DNA of 64,000 nt from NCBI GenBank assembly GCA_017499595.2, contig CM039006.1, positions 1,054,001-1,118,000 of the forward strand, in the 5' to 3' direction. The translations under genes and the position numbers were made by a program. This document shows, one piece after another, positions 42,030 through 56,299 of this stretch. This stretch comes from Psilocybe cubensis. Its lineage: Eukaryota. The first letter of the stretch is position 1. Every line of letters begins with the position of its first letter. The notes beneath the pieces are model-generated. The model had not been told where the DNA came from. It did no database searches and saw nothing but the letters and a program-made list of their open reading frames with translations.

Positions 42030-44254
42030 TTACGCATTTGCGCATGCTTGTTCGACAAGTTGCTGGGCGGTGACACTCCGAGGAGTAATCGAGCATTTGA
42101 ATGGCTTCTTAAACCTTCATATAAATATAAGTGTAAGGAACACACGTACAGGGGATATTCTCGACTTACGTGAGGAAGCCAAAGTCAACATATTCGTCAG
42201 TAATTTCTATCTCATTTCCTGCTTCGTCGCGAGCTTTCTCAATATTGAAGGTCGCCAGAATAGAAACCATAGTCATCCATAGCTGAAGAAAACAAGATAT
42301 GACGCATTTAAAAGCCACGTTATTCTGAGCAAGACTCACAATATTGCTTGCCATGTGCTTTCCGACGCAGACACTGCGAATTATAGATAAATCTTGAGAA
42401 TTGATCTTCTACTCATTGAGCAAAGGCTTACCGTCTGCCAAATCCATAAGTCAAGACACGATCATCGTCGTTCAGAGTTCCATCGGCATTGAAGAATCGT
42501 TCTGGCCTAAAGATATCAGGCTGTGAGTAAATCGACTCGTCATGTGTCATTGCCCTGCCGAGTCGACGCTTTATGTGAGTGTCTGTGTGTGAATTAAATG
42601 TCCAAGGGATAGGATCACCAAACATTCGCAAGAACCGTTGTGCCTGAAATTTGTCGAGCGTATCTGTCAGACATGTTTCTTGCCAAATGAGAGAAATGGG
42701 GTACCTTTCGGTATGAAATAACCGTCGTATATATCGTCCTCAGCTGCTGTATGAGGAAGCCCCACCGGGCCAGGAGATCTCCAACGAAGGACTTCACGAT
42801 AAATAGCCTCGGAATAGGGCATCATGGGACGATCCTCAAATTCTGGCAGACGTTTGGAGCCAATAATTGAGTTGATTTCAGCTTGTGCTTTCTTTTGGAC
42901 GTCAGGATTTACGGCCATGAGATAAATGAAGGTCCCAAGGGCGGATACAGTCTGTATCGTTTATCCGTATTGTCAGGATTCTGGACTCCGAGTCCCAAAA
43001 TATCAAAGAGATCAAAGAGTTACTGACCGTATCAGAGCCACCTATGGAAACCCATGGAACATTAATTATACTACCATGCGTCAAATTCTCACTTACCCGC
43101 ATAGACCGTTGGTGCAATACTAAGTACAGCCGCCTCCTCTGCCTCCGAAACACCCACCGTCTGTTTTCTTTCGAGAAACTCAGCGACAAACGACGGTGCA
43201 GCAGTACCTTTTGACTGTTCAAAACGTAAATAGAAGAATTCTCTTAGTTATCAAATTAGACTATTCGAGGAGTGCTTACCATTTGTGATTTGACAAAGTC
43301 CAAGGGAATCTGCTGCATGTCTTCGGTTAATTTCCTAACTCTTTCCGCAGCCTTACGAGATGATGCTCCAGGGAACCATGCAGGAACATGCTTTAAAATT
43401 GGGAGAATATTGATGAGACTCCCCCCAGGCGCTATCAGTTGAATACTAAGGTTGAGGCTCTTGTCCGCCGCAATGATGCAAGGATCCTGAGGTGACTGCA
43501 CGTCGTACCCATACATTGAGGCCATTGGAATGGCAATAGCTAACCTATGAGAATTAATCAAGGGTAGATGAATGCCGAACTGCCCGAGGAAGCTACAGAA
43601 AGTTAGGCACGTACATTTTGTTGTGGTAAGCGAAATCGTCGGGATTGCTAAGCAGTCCGCCCAGTGCTTGGTGAACCTTGCGCTTAATCACCCAGTTGAA
43701 GTTGTCCATCGATCCCTGACGGAACATTTGTTGGGTGATTTTTCTGCACAATTGCCACTTCTCCCCATAGTTCATAAAAGCCATGTTGTAGGAAAGACCA
43801 ATCCTGTAGTTGCCACCAATGAATGCCTGACAGAAAATGCAAAGAAACTTTGAAAAGAAAGATACTAACAGTTCAGCGAGTGGGAAATGGGGACGATCCG
43901 AGTACATCTGTGCTCTTCTTTCGAATACCTCATCCACCGCTTCTTTCTTGTTTAGAATTATTACATGGGTTCCAAAGGCAGTAGCATGCAAGATATCACC
44001 TTAAAAGTGTCAATCAATCTCATTTAGCGGAAGAGAACCTGAATAGTCGATGTACTTGCGTATCGTTTTCCCCACTTCACATACTCCTGGCCGATATCTT
44101 TTGTAGGAAAGTCGAGGGCGTTTCCGATGATAGGCAGCCCTTTGGGTCCAGGAGGGAGTGGAGCCGGTTGCTTTGCAGAAAAAACTAGCCTCTTCAGAAA
44201 GTATAATATCGAAAACAAGCAAACTAGTGTTACTAGGATGCTGCTGGAAGGCAT
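42030..44254 (-). CDS. Cytochrome P450 (CYP64 clan, CYP5144-like), tandem copy 2
   Basis: Same motifs and intron positions as copy 1, with high exon similarity. Confidence 0.92.
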
Positions 44255-45720
44255 TGTTTGGTCTGTTCAGTGAAGAGACAAGATGGGAGATAAGCAAATT
44301 GAAGTCAAGTTAACGCAAGGTGATGTGAAAAGAACTGATTGCGGAACTTGAATTATGTGATACATAACCGTCGGGAGTCGATTCTTATCCACACTCAGCT
44401 CTGGTCTGCGCGAGTCTTCTTCCACTTAAACGGTAACGATCGTCCTAGTTCTTCCCACCTTTATCTTATTATATCCAGCTAATCTGTTATGAATTAGGAT
44501 GCCGATGAACGCCAATCACTATTTGGCGATCAGTTGTTCTCCCCAAGGTCGCTGGGTGTGACCTGTAGCCACCTTTTAGGCGAGGTGGTAAGTTTCGGCG
44601 GGACTTAAATTCTCGGCATTCGGCTATTAAACAATAATTTGGTTGGTGGCTATTGCAGTGCCGGGCAGAATTTTGAGCGGAGTTAAGATGCAATTTTATT
44701 TGGTAACCTTTACCATGCTTAAAGCTCAACAACAGCATGCATTGGTCATATTTAAGCGCGATTCTTCTACATCGGGGCTTGGTGTACACCAATCTCTATC
44801 CACCTGTCTCTATAGTGGCCATCAATCAAAAGAGAGCCTTGAAAAAAATTATCCCTCTGCGCTTATACTCACTTCAAAGGGGCGAGACACCAAAGCCATC
44901 AAGTACTCAGTTGGAGCAGCAAAACAGTGCATAAGCGAGTCTTACCCTGATTTCTACCGGAGAATCATCATGGAAGTTATCTTTTGCCTCCCAGGCCCTC
45001 CCTTTGAGGCACGTGGCACACGCATGTAGCTTGTAGCCTATCAGGTCACCTGTGGAGTGCTTATTTGTCTATTTCTGAAACGTGCATGCAAAGCACTACG
45101 GCAGACACTGGATGACTCCATACTCTCGTAGTTCAACCGATGAAGATCCACCGGCACTCATTGTCTAAAAACTTGTTGAGTAACTTTTAATCATTGCGCA
45201 GCGGTGTATATATTCCGACCCCTATTTTTAGACTTCCCTCTCCTGTAGCCCTAGACGGTACGAAATCTATTTTCTCTATAGCATTGCATATGGTGAACGG
45301 ACATAATAGGATCGGGCGAAGTTTTATCTCATTTTTGTCTTTCCAAATGGGTAAGGACCCTGGAGGACCCATAATCCTCGGGTATTTACCGGATGGCTGA
45401 CCTAGTTTGAACCATTACGACACCAATTGGCTGATGTCAACCTCTACATAGACGCGATCGTTTCAAAAACGTATCAGTCATACCCAGTCCTTCATCCCCA
45501 CGACTCTAGCTGACTGCCGTCAAATTTTAGACCTATTTCCCCGCCATCGCGACCAAAATAACACTCACATTGTCCGATTTCAAAATAGGTCATGAGCCAG
45601 GTCAAAAGCGCGATATTTACGCGAAAAATCAACCGACTCATTTATCATAGAGGTTATAAGCTGCACTGGTCTGGCGAGATTCAGTGCCATTGACTTCTCT
45701 TCTTGTGCCAAGCTAAGAAA

Positions 45721-47201
45721 ATGTTTGGACTCGTCTCTCTTGCTATCGCTCTTGCTGCTCAGCGCGTTGCCGCTCATGGTGGTGTCTTGTCATACTCCTG
45801 GAGTGGACAATGGTACAACGGATGGCAGCCATACAACTCCCCCACTGGACAAACGACCATCCAGCGCCCTTGGTCTACATAGTCTGTATCTCCGTTTTGA
45901 AAGAAGCTTTTCGATGGACTTAAGAATTTTTTTATCCGTTAGCAACCCCATTCAGGACGCCACCGACTCTCAGCTTGCGTGTAATGATGATGGAACATCC
46001 GGTGCTCTTCAACTCACTGCAACGGTTGCCGCTGGTACCAAAATCACTGCCTACTGGAATCAAGTATGGCCCCATCCTTACGGACCTATGGTATGGGAAA
46101 AGGCACCAAATTATAGAGGTCTCAAAACGCTGACATCATACCCGTTGCAGCTCACATACCTTGCTCAATGCCCAGGGTCCACCTGCACAGGTGTCAATGC
46201 CGCAGGTTTGAAATGGGCACGTTCTTTTGTTACCCCACTTTCATAAATTTTTAACATGACTACATATTAGTTCAAAATCGACGAGGCTGGCCTTATATCT
46301 GGCACAGTCTACTCCGGAACATGGGGTGCTGGACAAATGATCAACCAAAACAGCTCCTGGACAACCACTATCCCATCCTCTGTACCCAGCGGCAATTATC
46401 TGATCAGATTCGAAACCATTGCTCTTCACTCGTTGCCTGCGGTGAGTATTTCTCTTCAGTATAAGAAGCTAATTTGTCTTACAAAGGATGTCCCTCTGTA
46501 GCAATTGTACCCTGAATGCGCCCAGATCACGATCACCGGTGGAGGAAGCCTTGCTCCGACTTCATCTGAATTGGTGACATTCCCAGGTGGCTACAGTAAC
46601 AGCGACCCAGGATGTAAGTTGACAACATTCAACAATTTGAAGTCAAATTAAGGCAATTATCGCAGTGACTGTTGACATCTACTCGAACGCTGCTCAAACC
46701 ATGTTAGTTGTGCCAGGACATGTTAATGAGAAGTTAATACTGAATAATTTTTTAGGACGTCCTACCCAATTCCAGGCCCCCCTCTCTACGCCGGCGCAGT
46801 GAGCATTTTCAATCAAATTTTGGATGTATCAAATGATTTACGATACTATTACTCCAGACTCCGCGAGCAGGAACTTCTCCCGTCTCTAGCTCATCCACTA
46901 AACCAGCGAGCACTAGTACCAGGCCTGCTAGTTCTTCTTCTTCCGCATCCTCAACTCCTGTGCCCTCTTCCGGCACAGTTCCACAGTACGGACAATGCGG
47001 TGGCCAGGGATGGACTGGTGGAACTGTCTGGTATGTCTTGATTTTGGCAAAAGCTATGATAACTTGAATGTCTGACTAATTTTTCACAGCATCTCTCCCT
47101 ACAAGTGCACTGTTTCCAATCGTAAGTCCCCTCATCTTCAGTGATGGCTCAGAAGTAAGTACTAATTCACCATGATAGCTTACTACTCGCAGTGCCTTTA
47201 A
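45721..47201 (+). CDS. AA9 lytic polysaccharide monooxygenase with S/T linker and C-terminal CBM1
   Basis: Signal peptide ending VAA|HGGV (His1), WPHPYGPM, NYLIRFETIALH, QLYPECAQ, and CBM1 QYGQCGGQGWTGGTVC...YYSQCL. Confidence 0.95.
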
Positions 47202-47768
47202 AAAAGCATTCCGAATATGATACGTTTGATATCTTGATATTCCAGTATTATGTACAATTACCGGCAGAATCCAATTTGTGCTGCGCATTACAAGTGCTAG
47301 CGTCCAAAACCAGAGCAGAATCTACTCAAATAAAATAAGCCTTTTGACAAAAACTCAGCAACCTATTGTTTCGATTAGTATTTCTCGATGTATCTCCATT
47401 TAAACACCAAGCTGCTTGGCCAGTGGCTTGTTTAAATTAATAACATGAAATACGTTTAATTTACAGACAGCAAATGAAGTACTACAGGAAATCCAGACTC
47501 GAAGTGATGGCACATAAGAATAAAAGTTATCAGCGAGTGAGTGGTAGAAAGATAAGGAGGGACAGATGTAAAAGTCGAACAGCCCAGAAACCTAAAGAAG
47601 ACGAGAAAAATAACGTTTACAGTTCTCAACTCGGAGTCGAGGGACATAGAAATGCCGCAGGTCTGGAATAAAATAAAGGGAAGGGAAGATAGATAAATAA
47701 AGGTGTTTGCAAAGGATCAAAGCATAACAGCAAACAAATGTCCATGACGAATGGAGAAGATGATTGCT

Positions 47769-49920
47769 TTATAGTTTAACATCTGCGACGAAGACCGACC
47801 CTTGTTCGCGCAATGCGTTTTCTATCACTTGCATACCTTCCAGTACCTTTTCTTCCTCAAGTCTTCTTCCTACGACTTGAACGCCTAAGGGAAGCCCGTG
47901 CATTTTGTCGGCGTCGTAAACGGAGTTGGCAACCTTAGCGACCGGTGAGAAGCGCATGTACTCATCAGAGGTAGTAAAATTATCAGGAAGTCGATCCAAT
48001 GCTTTATCGACAGTTGTTACTGGCAATACACCAGCAGTGTAATCAAGCTAGATGGTTCCTGACGTCAGAAGAAATATAAATAGACGGAGAGAATAAAAAA
48101 AGTACTGACCAGACTGAACAAAAAAAGATATCCGGCGCTCATAAGAGAAGTCTTCGTCGATGAGCCGTTTTCAATAGCTGGCGTCGGCATAGGTGAGGTT
48201 AAAAGGAAATCAAGCCCCTCTTCCGTCCATTTCTTGTGCCACTTGGCCCTATAGATATCTCTGGCGGCAACATTATTCCGATCTTCCACCACTGTCTTTG
48301 TATGCATGGTGTTCAAGAGTTTACTGGAAGCCGGATCGCTGGAGCGTATAAAGTACGCAAGAATCTTCTTAATGAGCTTTGGGATATTGAATAGATCTAG
48401 AACAGCCTTGGTGGCAGGGGTAACGCTGTCGCCAGGAGTTAGACCACTACGAAGTTGTTGGCCTCAAGATGAACTATGAGCTAGAATGGTGTAACTCTAG
48501 AAATCATGGGCGTACCTCCATCGGAGAAAAGAAGTTGATTGCCAATATCCAGGCCCTCTGCCATATCAGGGGGATGGCTGATATAGTATGATAAAGAACG
48601 GCAGTAGAACAGCAAAGTGTAAGACATACAAGTCGACAACTTCATGACCCTGCTTCTTCAGGGCAGAGATAACCATGGAAAGGGCTCGCTTGCAAGCGGG
48701 AGTTAAAGGAAGCGAAGCTGTTGATTATTAGGTGTGCGTCGAGTAATTGAAGATAAGCACGAACAATCATCACGAACAACTCCCCATTTCAATTTGCGTC
48801 CCTCATCTTGAAGATTGATTTCTTGCCATGGAAGGGGTATACACTGGGTATAACGTGGTAGAGCTGTGCAGACAAGACAAGATGGGAACTCACCGTATGA
48901 TCATACCGCCATGGTTCAGCCAAGACAACCCGTTTCCAAAACTCGCGCAAGTCGGCAAGATTTCCCGCGAGAGGAGACGCAACAATCGGAATCGACTCCA
49001 AACCCATCATCGACGATCTAGTCCCCCACGATGGAAACCTTCCGGAGCTTCCTTTCAGTGCCCATACTCCACAAAAGTGCGCTGGCATCCTAACACTTCC
49101 AGCCAAGTCGGTTCCGATCTCGATTTTACTCCCGCCACAAGCCACGAGTGCTCCCCCACCTCCTGTCGATGCACCGGCGCTATGATTGGGGCTGTGGGGA
49201 TTTGTAGTACGGCCGTAAACATCGGAGACAGTCTCGATGGCAATAAGGCCTGTTGGAACAGTAGTCTTTGCATGAACCAGGGCACCAGCGTCCTGCAGCA
49301 GACGTACTATAGCTGATGAAGATTCTGCAGGGTGTCGGACGTTCCTCGAAAATCCGATCGTGGAATCGTGGCCTTCAATATCAACGGTGTCTATAGTATC
49401 CCAGTCAAAATTAGATAGATTCAGTGGGGTGATTTTTCCTCCCGGAAGCCATTGAGCAAATATCGCACCTTTAATACTAACAGGGACGCCTAGGAGGGAG
49501 CGTTCGCGAACGGCGTAATCATTACCGGACTCCGAATCGACTCCAGGGGCCCAGTTGGCGATGGGAGGCGTAAGTAACGCCTCCTCAAACATGATATCAG
49601 TAATACAATTAGTCGCTTGTTGAGCGAGGAGGGTCTTCTTTGCATATGCCATCATGATGGCAGAGGGTGCAATTGTACCCGACTGGCATTGAGATACGAG
49701 CTGGGAGATTGAAAGAGCGTGGATTTTCTCCTCGGACGAGGAGAGTGGTGTAGAATAAATAGCTGGCAGAGAGGCAATCTTTGACTGCCGCTCGTTCTGC
49801 TTCCAGGCGCTACAAATGACGCGGTCCACATGATGTGTCAAATCAGACCTCGAGGACGGGTATTGACAAACGAACATACCATGCAACCTGGTGTGCAGAA
49901 GAGAATAATGAAAAGAGCAT
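47769..49920 (-). CDS. Amidase-signature enzyme (acetamidase/FAAH-like)
   Basis: GVPVSIK-D, GASTGGGGAL, IGTDLAGSVRMPAHFCG, GLPLGVQVVGRRLEEEKVL. Confidence 0.9.
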
Positions 49921-52379
49921 GACTAAAGGAAAGATAAGTAAGGAACGTGTACGGTTTGAAAACGAGGAGAAGGTATCGACCTTATAGCGCAGACGTTATC
50001 CGAGGAGTTACGTACTGGAGAGTATGTATTGAAGAGTGGAAGACGCGACAACGGCGGAAGATTCCCTGATTGGATTTATATGAATGGATCTGGCCCGTAT
50101 AGCGCTCCGAGCTATAGCTTTTGGTGTGACATTGAGACGAGTTAGAATATCCAAAAACCGTATCTCGCAGAGAAGAAAAATCCACTCAACTCGCCGGAGT
50201 TACCCCCTAAGTGTTTTGATTTCCTTCTAGGTTAGGTAACAGCTGCCTATACGTTTACACTCCGCAAGCGTTCCTAAGGACGATATTAGTGCGTTACCGA
50301 GAAAGAACCAAACTTTTCCTTTGAAAGAGGTGAACAGGAGGTGGAGGCAACCTTTTTGATCATTTTTTGAGCCATTTACTTACTTGACGATGGCGGATCC
50401 ACTAGGATATCCGCTGACACACAAAATTGCAAAAGGTGACGCCGGAAAAGATGGCCATATATTAATCCCCGATAGAAGCCCAAGGCACGGAAGCTAATAG
50501 ATCCATATGATCTGCGGCGCAATGCCCACCGTCAAGATGGGTCATTCTGGAAGGACGAGAGAGGGGAAATGCATAAATATGGGCCCAGAGAGATGAAATT
50601 CACCGTGACAGTCTGAAAAAGTGACCGACTTGTTGTACAGAAGGAACTATTTTTATGTTACTGCAGTATCTGTTTTCGCGCTAGAATGACAGAAGATAGG
50701 GGGGAACCGAATAGTGAAACTGCACTCAATTGGGTTCTAATAAGATTGATGTCATGGCAGTCATGCTCAACTAGAGCGACCTTGGAGCGACCATGCTCCG
50801 AAACTGCAACTGATAATGCGTGACCCTTACAGCGTACGTATCGATATAAATTGAATTCCCAAATACTCGGCCCCATTGGTTTGGAACCTACTCAAAATAG
50901 AACTTGGAGAAGATGAGTACATTATTCGAAAGCTGATGAATATGATGTGCTTCAACTTTTTGAAGGCCGCAACTTCGCGCTGGGTTCTGACTGATTGACA
51001 CAGGCTCGTCGCCCTGCTTGAGTGACGAGATTTGATTTGCTACTGTAGGACCGTCGAATATGGGAATGGTATCTATCATCCAAAAAGCACGCACGACTTT
51101 CAGGCAAGTACTTACTACTATCATGGTCCTGATATAGTACGCACCCTGTTTTGCAGAGTTTCAGCAATTAACAATGACAACATAGGAAACCGTCCTGCCT
51201 GACTATCAATTCTTACCAAAGAGTTTACCAGACTGTCGTTCCATCCGGCGTCATGATTTCAGACCGCAGCAGTTGAGCTCGCCACATGACAAAACTACCA
51301 TAAGCCTTATGACCTATATTCTTTGCAATGATCTCAGGAATAAATCGGCCTGCGTGTGACATGTACGTGGTAAGCAAAAGACGTCAATATGGTGGTAGGT
51401 ATTGCGCTCACCTTCCGGGCAAACCATTTCAAACAAAGTTGAGCGGAAAGAAGGTGCCGTCCGAAGTTGATGTTAAAATGATATAGCATCCAGTTGAATA
51501 AAGCCTCAGTGGCATCGGTTCTCATCTGAAGTATTTACTGACTGTTTAGAATATTTTTCACCTGTCGACGACGCATCAATCAGCCACTAAGACTCATAGG
51601 AAAGGGGCGCCACAACTCACGGTGTGCTCTTAGGTGTAAGATGTATTATCTGTGACACCGTGAGGCAACGTAGAACTTTCCATCTCCAAAATGTGAAGTT
51701 GTCAAAGCACTGTCTCCAACGTCCTAAGCGCATCAGCGAGGTCTTCGCGATCCTTTTCGCCCAGCTGTCGAGCGGAGTTCTGAAGAGGGGATATGTGTGT
51801 GTGTGTGACAACAGACTTCGCAGACGGTCCCGCCACCGACTACCCTACGACCATGCCAAGTTTGTTTAAGATTGGGGTATAGCCCAGTGCTTTTCGAACG
51901 AAGAGTCACGCATGGGCTCCCAAAAGTTTGTTGGGACATTAACCGTCGTCGCTCCGCTGATCATTTTCAGCCAATGCCCAGCGTCTGGGCTAGGGTGGGT
52001 TCGTTCGAGAACGAAAAACGTGTTCCGATGAGAGCATGAGGTGCGTTTGACGTTAGCAAGAGCTTCTCGCGAAGCATGCCATGGGAATTAGGGCATTGGA
52101 AGTTGGTATTTGCTGTCTGTATATGGCTTCGCGACTCAAGGGTACCACGCGCTTCGTTCAAAGACTGCGTTTCCATTCCTATGAGATTTCGCCAATGGTC
52201 TGATTCGTTCTTTGATATGAGAGAAAAGCGGTCCTCGTGAGTGAGCCCGCAATCTTAGCGTCGCCCACTGTCATCTACAAGTAGCTTAGAAGTTAGCCTG
52301 CAAGTTTTGCAAGTAGTTATGTTACGCACTGGTGTATACCCCTGGAAGGATTTCGAGTAAAATGGCTATGAGCCAAGAA

Positions 52380-53090
52380 GAAAAAGTTGGCCCACCAGCC
52401 ATAAGAGGGTCTACGAGGGTCTGGTAAGAGACCGCTTTCAACATCACCAGTTCGTTCCTTGAGAACCGCGTTCAATGTGGATGGATGTCACGAATGATGA
52501 TAGAAACCCATCAGTCCGAATAAAGCGCCCTCCTAGGACGTCGGTCCAGTGTGACAGGAACTGCAAATCCTGGAAGAACGAAGTATGAGATAGAAGAAGA
52601 AAGCAGTTAAATTATACGCAACTTGATGAGTGGGTTCCTGGTTGATGCCCTCTGTCTCGGCCAGTAGTTTTGCGATCATATTGGATCTCGATGGAAGTTG
52701 AAAGACATTAGAAGTCAGGATGTGTAAAATGTCCTATTTCCCATGTACAGGTTGTCCAGAACCATGAAACCTGAATATATGCGCCTGTCGAGATTATGAT
52801 TTCATTAAAGACTTCGTTCAAGTCGGATGATGCTGGGATGTCGATGATAGGGGTAGGCGAGCAGGCGCGTTTGTATCGGGCCTCTGAACCTTCAAAATTT
52901 TCCAAGATAATTGTCTGCCTAAGCCACTCGGGCGGGGCGAATTCTATGAAAGAAACATCCCCAAACTAAGAGTGAAAAATACCCTGACCCAAAATCAAAG
53001 GCTTGACGCTACCAACACGGGGTGTGAAAACGAAAGAAAAGAATACGAATTCACTACGTCGCAGAACCGCATGTTGCATCGATGTGAAGA
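52380..53090 (-). pseudogene. Possible hypothetical gene or gene relic
   Basis: Coding-like stretch (FIEFAPPEWLRQTIILENFEGSEARY...) and intron-like pyrimidine tracts, but an in-frame stop lies upstream and no coherent model could be built. Confidence 0.2.
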
Positions 53091-53689
53091 AGAGAACACA
53101 TTGGGCGGGTGTCGCGAAGCGATAGCTTCATATTTTAGTTGAAGTGAATATGAGTGAATCTTCACTGGCACGCAAACGACCTTCGAACATAGAAGGACGA
53201 GGTGAGACCAGGATAGAATGCTACCGAGGTCCCGGATAAGTCGGCGAGACGTTGTATTCGACGCTATTTCGAGGTTTCGAGTTCGTCATCAAACTATGAT
53301 GAGCACAGGGACGAAAATCACAACGAGATACTGATAAGCCATAGAAGAATTGGTTCAATAAACGCGCAGTATGGATGTCAGAGTATCATGAATGCGAGAT
53401 GCGTGTATTGCGAAATTGCGAACAGAGAGGATAGCCGACAGCGAGAGTCGAGAGGCAAGAGGGTGACCCGGTGAATGGTAGCCCTAAGCCGAAGCTTCTC
53501 CGCCGTCTGTCTAGATTTCCCACGGAGCCGGCACGCCAGGGGCATGTTATTTCTCATTGATGTGACTCGTAGACATCATGATTGTTGAGCGCCCGCCTAC
53601 CGAAAGCCATGTCGATGATTTTACTTTCGTTCCTTGAACCAGCTCTGTCAACCGCAGACACCTAAATTCTTTACAGTCTCTCCTCCATC

Positions 53690-54577
53690 ATGCCTACTTT
53701 CATAGACCAACTGGGTACGGATATCATGAAGATTCCTCCAATAACCCGGTTTATTTCTGGGTCTGCAGTGGCAGTAACCCTGGCAGAGATGGGCCGTTAT
53801 GTCGACCACCGACAATTGCTTTTCCAGAAAGATATGGTCTTTGGGAAGCTGCAGGTGCGTTCTGATTCAACATACTGCTATATTATTCAAATTCTGAGCT
53901 CTGTCACGCAGCTTTGGCGACTGTATACCTCGTTCTTTGCTGGAGGAAACGAATATGGATACCGCCACATTCCATATACCTTTATCTTGGACTTGATGAT
54001 TCTGCAGTGTGTCAACTTCAACTTTTCTGTGAATAGTTCTCGATTTAACTTTTCTCTTCATGATACTATCAGCCGTATGCTAAGTGACCTCGAAACTAAA
54101 TCATACCGTCACTCGCCTGCAGACCTCTCGTGGCAGCTTTTTATGGCTTGCATTGTGATCATCGTACGTTATCTTTGCAGCGTCCTGTTTGAACTCTCAA
54201 TCATGTATCTCTAGATTGCTACATTACCTTTGAATATCGACTCATTCTCGAGGCCATTGCTTACATGCATTGTATACCTTCGAGCTGCCTTCGCCGAACC
54301 TGGCGAAAAGATAAACTTTTATAGATTCTTCCACTTCGACATTCCGCTCGTCTACCTACCTATTGCATTAATTGCATATGATTATTTCATAGGCGGCCCT
54401 AAGTATGTTGGACCAAGTGTCGCCGGCGCTGTCGTTGGACATTTGTGGTGGTGGGTTGTCTGGGAGGGGCGAGGGGATTTGCAGATACGCTTGGCCAGGT
54501 ATGCTCGCGCACCGGAATGGTTATGTCGACAACTAGGGCAGACTCGTAGAGCTGGCAGAGCTGTTCGGCGGGATTGA
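53690..54577 (+). CDS. Derlin (Der1-like) ERAD membrane protein, divergent
   Basis: KIPPITRF, QLWRLYTSFF (WR motif), ADLSWQL, LVYLP, VAGAVVGHLWWW (GxxxGH). Confidence 0.85.
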
Positions 54578-54868
54578 CACACTTGTCCTGAGAATGGAAG
54601 GAGATACGTAACCTAGCGTGCGTTTTTACAACGTATGGACCTTGCTAGAGAATGTGACGAATCATTGGAGTACAGTTTGTGAATTTCAATACAATTCCGA
54701 AGCAGGTCAGATATTTTGCTTAAATAATACATCTTCGAAGACTATAATACAAATAAGAGTGTTATGCAATGAGGTAGGATAGAAACCTCCGTGGAGAAAA
54801 TTCCTGGAAAAGATTCTAAAGCGAGCGACGGGAGGAAGTGAAATAAATAAAATAGAAAAAGCAAAATT

Positions 54869-55870
54869 CTAAGATATGTCCATCCCGTCGTCCTCCGTCA
54901 GTTCACGCGGAACTTTGCTGGGCGATGGCGGTTCAGAATCTATTTGCCCTGACCAACCAAAAAGCTCTTCTGGGGGAAGGTCTTCAAAGTCGGCAACAGC
55001 GCCCTGGTTTCTATAATACTCTTCGGCGTATTCTGCAAGCTCTTCTTCGTCAAGATCATCAGGGGTGACCAAGTACTCGTCAGACTCATCGGGCACCGGC
55101 CATGACGAAAAATTCGAGTTTCCCGAGGTAGAAGCGGGCGGCTTAGTCCCTCCACGGGAATCTGCGGAGGGCATACCTAGATAGAAAAAATAAGAAACTT
55201 TGTTAGTTCACAAATTTTCACGGAGTTGGAACTCTTGAAAGACTGTTATGAACCTGATAGCTCGGCCTCCCAGGAGCTGATATCCTCCAGTTCCGGATCG
55301 AAAGAAGAGCCCACTTCTTGAGCATAAGAAAGTCTGTACGAGTGTTTCTCTCTCCTGTTGGCGTTTGCCACAATTCTTCGGAAAAGCTAAATGCAGGGAG
55401 TATGTAAGTGTGTGTGAATGCACCCCGAGTGCCAAAAGCCTAACCTCGTCCTGCATAATATCGTCGTCATCCTCTTCGCCATCATCTCCGTCATCCATGG
55501 CTTGGTCGTCGCTGCTGGGCCCGAAGCCAAATTGTCTCGTCTTTGAAACAGCTCTCTCGCGGGCCTTTGTGGCCCTTTCAAGGCATCGAGCCTGTAGCCT
55601 GTCTCGTAGGAAAGTTCTCTGGGGGTCGGAGTCTACAGCAGAGGAAGATGCACTCCGCCGTGATGGGCCTCGGGTGCGTGAAAAGAGTGGTGTTGTTGGG
55701 CCAAGGCTCTTGAATTGGGACTTGCGACGCGCTTGCGCCGCCGCGGCGGGTGATGATTTGGGACTCTCAGGGGACTCGATAAGTGGCGAAGAGTTCAAAG
55801 GCCTATATTGGAGAGGATTCCGCGTAGACGGAGTCTCAGGGTACCGCATAGTTGAGCTGGACGAGAACAT
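54869..55870 (-). CDS. Hypothetical low-complexity acidic protein, 3 exons
   Basis: RPLNSSPL, FLRDRLQARCLERA, spliced QDE-LFRRIVANANRREKHSYRLSYAQEVGSSFDP, and canonical introns. Confidence 0.7.
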
Positions 55871-56299
55871 TGCCCTTTGATGGCGTTGGGATGAGACGGG
55901 AATGGCTACGTGACTCTGGTCCCTCAATTAGTCTCCCAAACTGTGACAGGTCGTGAATCCCACGTGATATTGTAATCAACATAGATTTCAGTCGGCGATT
56001 CAATATGCCTAACTGGGCGTGAGGTGCTGTTTTCCTCCTATTCTCAGTATCAGCTTGCCAGAAGTAATTCTATAATTTGTGTGTATACATCTGGTCCAGT
56101 AAATTAGTTGCAAGAAAAGGAGGTAGAAACACATGAAAGACATTTGATGTCAGCCGGCGATGATGAATATCCTTTTTGGGAAAGACGATTTCCGTATTCA
56201 GAACTACGATCGTCCGTATGTCGTCACCGACCTTAAAGGAAGACAAACAATGACATACGGAGCGTAGGTATAAGAACCCGCCGCCCATGAAAAGGAGCC

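Noticed and set aside
49100-49180. Amidase GASTGG variant as a catalytically dead enzyme
   Set aside because: The Lys, the cis-Ser position and the nucleophile Ser (GTDLAGS) are all retained.
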